Assembly (NCBI RefSeq): GCF_009914755.1
Contig: NC_060941.1
Length of the DNA: 64,000 nt
Strand: one strand, 5' to 3'
Source: the human T2T-CHM13v2.0 reference genome, Homo sapiens
Below, piece by piece: positions 56,001 through 64,000 of the stretch. Both the position numbers and the translations under genes were made by a program. The notes under the pieces were generated by a model. That model saw only the letters and a program-made list of their open reading frames with translations. It was not told the DNA's origin and searched no databases. How positions within the stretch are numbered: position 1 is the stretch's first letter; every line of letters starts with the position of its first letter.

Positions 56001-59000
56001 AAGGAATTATCTTCCCGTAAAAGCTAGATAGAAGCATTCTCAGAAACTACTTTGTGATGATTGCATTCAAGTCACAGAGTTGAACATTCCCTTTGACAGA
56101 GCAGTTTGGAAACTCTCTTTGTGTAGAATCTGCAAGTGGAGATATGGACCGCTTTGAGGCCTATGGTAGTAAAGGAAATAGCTTCATATAAAAGCTAGAC
56201 AGTAGCATTCACAGAAAACTCTTGGTGACGACTGAGTTTAACTCACAGAGCTGAACATTCCTTTGGATGGAGCAGTTTCGAAACACACTATTTGTAGAAT
56301 GTGCAAGTGGATATTTAGGCCTCTCTGAGGATTTCGTTGGAAACGGGATAAACCGCACAGAACTAAACAGAAGCATTCTCAGAACCTTCTTCGTGATGTT
56401 TGCATTCAACTCACAGTGTTGAACCTTTCTTTGATAGTTCAGGTTTGAAACGGTCTTTCTGTAGAAACTGCAAGTAGATATTTGGACCTCTCTGAGGATT
56501 TCGTTGGAAACGGGATAACCCGCACAGAACTAAAACAGAAGCATTCTCAGAACCCTCTTCGTGATGTTTGCATTCAACTCACAGTGCTGAACCTTTCTTT
56601 GATAGTTCAGCTTTGAAACACTCTTTTTGTAGAAACTGCAAGTGGATATTTGGTCCTCTCTGAGCATTTCGTTGGAAACGGGATAAACTGCACAGAACTA
56701 AACAGAAGCATTCTCAGAACCTTCTTCGTGATGTCTGCATTCAACTCACAGTGTGGAACCTTTCTTTGATAGTTCAGGTTTGAAACACTCTTTTTGTAGA
56801 AACTGCAAGGGGATAATTGCACTCTTTGAGGAGTACCGTAGTAAAGGAAATAACTTCCTATAAAAAGAAGACAGAAGCTTTCTCAGAAAATTCTTTGGGA
56901 TGATTGAGTTGAACTCACAGAGCTGAGCATTCCTTGCGATGTAGCAGTTTAGAAACACACTTTCTGCAGAATCTGCAAGTGCATATTTGGACCTCTGTGA
57001 GGAATTCGTTGGAAACGGGATAATTTCAGCTGACTAAACAGAAGCAGTCTCAGAATCTTCTTTGTGATGTTTGCATTCAAATCCCCGAGTTGAACTTTCC
57101 TTTCAAAGTTCACGTTTGAAACACTCTTTTTGCAGGATCTACAAGTGGATATTTGGACCACTCTGTGTCCTTCGATCGAAACGGGTATATCTTCACATGA
57201 CATCTAGACAGAAGCATCCTCAGAAGCTTCTCTGTGATGACTGCATTCAACTCACGGAGTTGAACACTCCTTTTGAGAGCGCAGTTTTGAAACTCTCTTT
57301 CTGTGGCATCTGCAAGGGGACATGTAGACCTCTTTGAAGATTTCGTTGGAAACGGAATCATCTTCACATAAAAACTACACAGATGCATTCTCAGGAACTT
57401 TTTGGTGATGTTTGTATTCAACTCCCAGAGTTGAACTTTCCTTTGGAAAGAGCAGCTATGAAACACTGTTTTTCTAGAATCTGCAAGTGGACGTTTGGAG
57501 GGCTTTGTGGTTTGTGGTGGAAAAGGAAATATCTTCACCTAAATACTAGATAGAAGCATTCTCAGAAACTGCTTTGTGATGATTGCATTCACCTCACAGA
57601 GTTGAACATTCCTATTGATAGAGCAGTTTGGAAACACTCTTGTTGTGGAATGTGCAAGTGGAGATTTGGAGCGCTTTGAGGCCTATGGTAGTAAAGGGAA
57701 TAGCTTCATAGAAAAACTAGACAGAAGCATTCTCAGAAAATACTTTGTGATGATTGAGTTTAACTCACAGAGCTGAACATTCCTTTGGATGGAGCAGGTT
57801 TGAGACACACTTTTTGTAGAATCTACAAGTGGATATTTGGACCTCTCTGAGGATTTCGTTGGAAACGGGATAACTGCACCTAACTAAACGGAAGCATTCT
57901 CAGAAACTTCTTGGTGATGTTTGCATTCAAATCCCAGAGTTGAACCTTCCTTTGATAGTTCAGGTTTGAAACACTCTTTTTGTAGGATCTGCAAGTGGAT
58001 ATTTGGACCACTCTGTGGCCTTCGTTCGAAACGGGTATATCTTCGCATAAAATCTAGACAGAAGCCTTCTCAGAAACTTCTCTGTGATGATTGCATTCAA
58101 CTCACAGAGTTGAACCCTCCTATGGATAGAGCAGTGTTGAAACTCTCTTTTTGTGGAATCTGCAAGTGGATATGTGGACCTCTCCGAAGATGTCTTTGGA
58201 AACGGGAATATCTTCACATAAAAACTAAACAGAAGCATTCTCAGAAACTTCTCTGTGATGTTTGTGTTCAACTCCCAGAGTTTCACATTGCTTTTCATAG
58301 AGTAGTTCTGAAACATGCTTTTCGTAGTGTCTACAAGTGGACATTTGGAGCGCTTTCAGGCCTGTGGTGGAAAACGAATTATGGTCACATAAAAACTGGA
58401 GAGAAGCATTGTCAGAAACTTCTTTGTGATGATTGCATTCAACTCACAGAGTTGAAGGTTCCTTTTCAAAGAGCAGTTTCCAATCACTCTTTCTGTGGAA
58501 TCTGCAAGTGGATATTTGGACCTATTTTGAAGATTTCGTTGGAAACGGGAGAATCTTCACAGGAAAGCTAAACAGAAGCATTCTCAGAAACTTCTTTGTG
58601 ATGCTTGCATTCAACTCACAGAGTTGAACTTTCCTTTCGAGAGAGAAGCTTTGAAACACTCTTTTTCCAGAATCTGCAAGTGGACATTTGGAGGGCTTTG
58701 AGGCCTGTGGTGGAAAAGGAATTATCTTCCCGTAAAAGCTAGATAGAAGCATTCTCAGAAACTACTTTGTGATGATTGCATTCAAGTCACAGAGTTGAAC
58801 ATTCCCTTTGACAGAGCAGTTTGGAAACTCTCTTTGTGTAGAATCTGCAAGTGGAGATATGGACCGCTTTGAGGCCTATGGTAGTAAAGGAAATAGCTTC
58901 ATATAAAAGCTAGACAGTAGCATTCACAGAAAACTCTTGGTGACGACTGAGTTTAACTCACAGAGCTGAACATTCCTTTGGATGGAGCAGTTTCGAAACA

Positions 59001-62000
59001 CACTATTTGTAGAATGTGCAAGTGGATATTTAGGCCTCTCTGAGGATTTCGTTGGAAACGGGATAAACCGCACAGAACTAAACAGAAGCATTCTCAGAAC
59101 CTTCTTCGTGATGTTTGCATTCAACTCACAGTGTTGAACCTTTCTTTGATAGTTCAGGTTTGAAACGGTCTTTCTGTAGAAACTGCAAGTAGATATTTGG
59201 ACCTCTCTGAGGATTTCGTTGGAAACGGGATAACCCGCACAGAACTAAAACAGAAGCATTCTCAGAACCCTCTTCGTGATGTTTGCATTCAACTCACAGT
59301 GCTGAACCTTTCTTTGATAGTTCAGCTTTGAAACACTCTTTTTGTAGAAACTGCAAGTGGATATTTGGTCCTCTCTGAGCATTTCGTTGGAAACGGGATA
59401 AACTGCACAGAACTAAACAGAAGCATTCTCAGAACCTTCTTCGTGATGTCTGCATTCAACTCACAGTGTGGAACCTTTCTTTGATAGTTCAGGTTTGAAA
59501 CACTCTTTTTGTAGAAACTGCAAGGGGATAATTGCACTCTTTGAGGAGTACCGTAGTAAAGGAAATAACTTCCTATAAAAAGAAGACAGAAGCTTTCTCA
59601 GAAAATTCTTTGGGATGATTGAGTTGAACTCACAGAGCTGAGCATTCCTTGCGATGTAGCAGTTTAGAAACACACTTTCTGCAGAATCTGCAAGTGCATA
59701 TTTGGACCTCTGTGAGGAATTCGTTGGAAACGGGATAATTTCAGCTGACTAAACAGAAGCAGTCTCAGAATCTTCTTTGTGATGTTTGCATTCAAATCCC
59801 CGAGTTGAACTTTCCTTTCAAAGTTCACGTTTGAAACACTCTTTTTGCAGGATCTACAAGTGGATATTTGGACCACTCTGTGTCCTTCGATCGAAACGGG
59901 TATATCTTCACATGACATCTAGACAGAAGCATCCTCAGAAGCTTCTCTGTGATGACTGCATTCAACTCACGGAGTTGAACACTCCTTTTGAGAGCGCAGT
60001 TTTGAAACTCTCTTTCTGTGGCATCTGCAAGGGGACATGTAGACCTCTTTGAAGATTTCGTTGGAAACGGAATCATCTTCACATAAAAACTACACAGATG
60101 CATTCTCAGGAACTTTTTGGTGATGTTTGTATTCAACTCCCAGAGTTGAACTTTCCTTTGGAAAGAGCAGCTATGAAACACTGTTTTTCTAGAATCTGCA
60201 AGTGGACGTTTGGAGGGCTTTGTGGTTTGTGGTGGAAAAGGAAATATCTTCACCTAAATACTAGATAGAAGCATTCTCAGAAACTGCTTTGTGATGATTG
60301 CATTCACCTCACAGAGTTGAACATTCCTATTGATAGAGCAGTTTGGAAACACTCTTGTTGTGGAATGTGCAAGTGGAGATTTGGAGCGCTTTGAGGCCTA
60401 TGGTAGTAAAGGGAATAGCTTCATAGAAAAACTAGACAGAAGCATTCTCAGAAAATACTTTGTGATGATTGAGTTTAACTCACAGAGCTGAACATTCCTT
60501 TGGATGGAGCAGGTTTGAGACACACTTTTTGTAGAATCTACAAGTGGATATTTGGACCTCTCTGAGGATTTCGTTGGAAACGGGATAACTGCACCTAACT
60601 AAACGGAAGCATTCTCAGAAACTTCTTGGTGATGTTTGCATTCAAATCCCAGAGTTGAACCTTCCTTTGATAGTTCAGGTTTGAAACACTCTTTTTGTAG
60701 GATCTGCAAGTGGATATTTGGACCACTCTGTGGCCTTCGTTCGAAACGGGTATATCTTCGCATAAAATCTAGACAGAAGCCTTCTCAGAAACTTCTCTGT
60801 GATGATTGCATTCAACTCACAGAGTTGAACCCTCCTATGGATAGAGCAGTGTTGAAACTCTCTTTTTGTGGAATCTGCAAGTGGATACGTGGACCTCTCC
60901 GAAGATGTCTTTGGAAACGGGAATATCTTCACATAAAAACTAAACAGAAGCATTCTCAGAAACTTCTCTGTGATGTTTGTGTTCAACTCCCAGAGTTTCA
61001 CATTGCTTTTCATAGAGTAGTTCTGAAACATGCTTTTCGTAGTGTCTACAAGTGGACATTTGGAGCGCTTTCAGGCCTGTGGTGGAAAACGAATTATGGT
61101 CACATAAAAACTGGAGAGAAGCATTGTCAGAAACTTCTTTGTGATGATTGCATTCAACTCACAGAGTTGAAGGTTCCTTTTCAAAGAGCAGTTTCCAATC
61201 ACTCTTTCTGTGGAATCTGCAAGTGGATATTTGGACCTATTTTGAAGATTTCGTTGGAAACGGGAGAATCTTCACAGGAAAGCTAAACAGAAGCATTCTC
61301 AGAAACTTCTTTGTGATGCTTGCATTCAACTCACAGAGTTGAACTTTCCTTTCGAGAGAGAAGCTTTGAAACACTCTTTTTCCAGAATCTGCAAGTGGAC
61401 ATTTGGAGGGCTTTGAGGCCTGTGGTGGAAAAGGAATTATCTTCCCGTAAAAGCTAGATAGAAGCATTCTCAGAAACTACTTTGTGATGATTGCATTCAA
61501 GTCACAGAGTTGAACATTCCCTTTGACAGAGCAGTTTGGAAACTCTCTTTGTGTAGAATCTGCAAGTGGAGATATGGACCGCTTTGAGGCCTATGGTAGT
61601 AAAGGAAATAGCTTCATATAAAAGCTAGACAGTAGCATTCACAGAAAACTCTTGGTGACGACTGAGTTTAACTCACAGAGCTGAACATTCCTTTGGATGG
61701 AGCAGTTTCGAAACACACTATTTGTAGAATGTGCAAGTGGATATTTAGGCCTCTCTGAGGATTTCGTTGGAAACGGGATAAACCGCACAGAACTAAACAG
61801 AAGCATTCTCAGAACCTTCTTCGTGATGTTTGCATTCAACTCACAGTGTTGAACCTTTCTTTGATAGTTCAGGTTTGAAACGGTCTTTCTGTAGAAACTG
61901 CAAGTAGATATTTGGACCTCTCTGAGGATTTCGTTGGAAACGGGATAACCCGCACAGAACTAAAACAGAAGCATTCTCAGAACCCTCTTCGTGATGTTTG

Positions 62001-64000
62001 CATTCAACTCACAGTGCTGAACCTTTCTTTGATAGTTCAGCTTTGAAACACTCTTTTTGTAGAAACTGCAAGTGGATATTTGGTCCTCTCTGAGCATTTC
62101 GTTGGAAACGGGATAAACTGCACAGAACTAAACAGAAGCATTCTCAGAACCTTCTTCGTGATGTCTGCATTCAACTCACAGTGTGGAACCTTTCTTTGAT
62201 AGTTCAGGTTTGAAACACTCTTTTTGTAGAAACTGCAAGGGGATAATTGCACTCTTTGAGGAGTACCGTAGTAAAGGAAATAACTTCCTATAAAAAGAAG
62301 ACAGAAGCTTTCTCAGAAAATTCTTTGGGATGATTGAGTTGAACTCACAGAGCTGAGCATTCCTTGCGATGTAGCAGTTTAGAAACACACTTTCTGCAGA
62401 ATCTGCAAGTGCATATTTGGACCTCTGTGAGGAATTCGTTGGAAACGGGATAATTTCAGCTGACTAAACAGAAGCAGTCTCAGAATCTTCTTTGTGATGT
62501 TTGCATTCAAATCCCCGAGTTGAACTTTCCTTTCAAAGTTCACGTTTGAAACACTCTTTTTGCAGGATCTACAAGTGGATATTTGGACCACTCTGTGTCC
62601 TTCGATCGAAACGGGTATATCTTCACATGACATCTAGACAGAAGCATCCTCAGAAGCTTCTCTGTGATGACTGCATTCAACTCACGGAGTTGAACACTCC
62701 TTTTGAGAGCGCAGTTTTGAAACTCTCTTTCTGTGGCATCTGCAAGGGGACATGTAGACCTCTTTGAAGATTTCGTTGGAAACGGAATCATCTTCACATA
62801 AAAACTACACAGATGCATTCTCAGGAACTTTTTGGTGATGTTTGTATTCAACTCCCAGAGTTGAACTTTCCTTTGGAAAGAGCAGCTATGAAACACTGTT
62901 TTTCTAGAATCTGCAAGTGGACGTTTGGAGGGCTTTGTGGTTTGTGGTGGAAAAGGAAATATCTTCACCTAAATACTAGATAGAAGCATTCTCAGAAACT
63001 GCTTTGTGATGATTGCATTCACCTCACAGAGTTGAACATTCCTATTGATAGAGCAGTTTGGAAACACTCTTGTTGTGGAATGTGCAAGTGGAGATTTGGA
63101 GCGCTTTGAGGCCTATGGTAGTAAAGGGAATAGCTTCATAGAAAAACTAGACAGAAGCATTCTCAGAAAATACTTTGTGATGATTGAGTTTAACTCACAG
63201 AGCTGAACATTCCTTTGGATGGAGCAGGTTTGAGACACACTTTTTGTAGAATCTACAAGTGGATATTTGGACCTCTCTGAGGATTTCGTTGGAAACGGGA
63301 TAACTGCACCTAACTAAACGGAAGCATTCTCAGAAACTTCTTGGTGATGTTTGCATTCAAATCCCAGAGTTGAACCTTCCTTTGATAGTTCAGGTTTGAA
63401 ACACTCTTTTTGTAGGATCTGCAAGTGGATATTTGGACCACTCTGTGGCCTTCGTTCGAAACGGGTATATCTTCGCATAAAATCTAGACAGAAGCCTTCT
63501 CAGAAACTTCTCTGTGATGATTGCATTCAACTCACAGAGTTGAACCCTCCTATGGATAGAGCAGTGTTGAAACTCTCTTTTTGTGGAATCTGCAAGTGGA
63601 TACGTGGACCTCTCCGAAGATGTCTTTGGAAACGGGAATATCTTCACATAAAAACTAAACAGAAGCATTCTCAGAAACTTCTCTGTGATGTTTGTGTTCA
63701 ACTCCCAGAGTTTCACATTGCTTTTCATAGAGTAGTTCTGAAACATGCTTTTCGTAGTGTCTACAAGTGGACATTTGGAGCGCTTTCAGGCCTGTGGTGG
63801 AAAACGAATTATGGTCACATAAAAACTGGAGAGAAGCATTGTCAGAAACTTCTTTGTGATGATTGCATTCAACTCACAGAGTTGAAGGTTCCTTTTCAAA
63901 GAGCAGTTTCCAATCACTCTTTCTGTGGAATCTGCAAGTGGATATTTGGACCTATTTTGAAGATTTCGTTGGAAACGGGAGAATCTTCACAGGAAAGCTA

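Larger units (their letters stand above)
1..64000 (+). repeat. D17Z1: Centromeric alpha-satellite HOR array, 2,715-bp 16-mer x ~23.6 copies, consistent with human chr17 D17Z1 (SF3)
   Basis: ~171-bp monomers carry alpha-satellite hallmarks (cattctcagaaactt, tgcattcaactcacagagttgaac, gcaagtggatatttgg, CENP-B boxes). The ORF track recurs at exactly 2,715 bp, once at 2,714 bp. There are 16 monomers per period in a W1-W5-derived order and one constant EcoRI site per period. The chr17 assignment rests on established knowledge of the 2.7-kb 16-mer, not on a database search. Confidence 0.96.

Noticed and set aside
57-63746. All other 63-142-aa ORFs on both strands
   Set aside because: They overlap on both strands, repeat with the 2,715-bp period, often use non-ATG starts, and some are frameshifted in U14. 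They are satellite artefacts, not CDS.
1-64000. Purifying selection on CENP-B cores, since no observed variant hits a core base
   Set aside because: Core bases are 72 of 2,715 positions. With about 16 variant sites, fewer than one hit is expected by chance, so the observation is uninformative.
1-64000. L1/Alu insertion, inversion, array edge, or a hidden non-satellite novel system
   Set aside because: The strict 2,715/2,714-bp periodicity of the ORF track across the window leaves no room for inserted sequence, and orientation never changes.

Overview
The whole 64 kb window is an uninterrupted, single-orientation tandem array of primate alpha-satellite DNA. It is built from a 2,715-bp higher-order repeat (HOR) of 16 monomers of 167-172 bp, present about 23.6 times. 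Taking position 1 as the phase, copies U1-U24 start at 1, 2716, 5431, 8146, 10861, 13576, 16291, 19006, 21721, 24436, 27151, 29866, 32581, 35296, 38010, 40725, 43440, 46155, 48870, 51585, 54300, 57015, 59730 and 62445 (partial). The unit length, the 16-mer pentamer-derived (suprachromosomal family 3, W1-W5) monomer order and the constant EcoRI site match the human chromosome 17 centromeric array D17Z1. Each HOR has 8 intact CENP-B box cores. I found no genes, RNA genes, transposon insertions, inversions or shortened HORs, and all ORFs in the track are satellite translation artefacts. I did not find a new biological system. The informative signal is about 16 variant sites, read by eye so some may be missed. 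They show a majority allele creating a second EcoRI site, a palindromic CENP-B box variant, an island of divergent HOR copies at about 33.7-39.2 kb, a haplotype switch near 49-51 kb, and mosaic copies that suggest gene conversion or unequal exchange.
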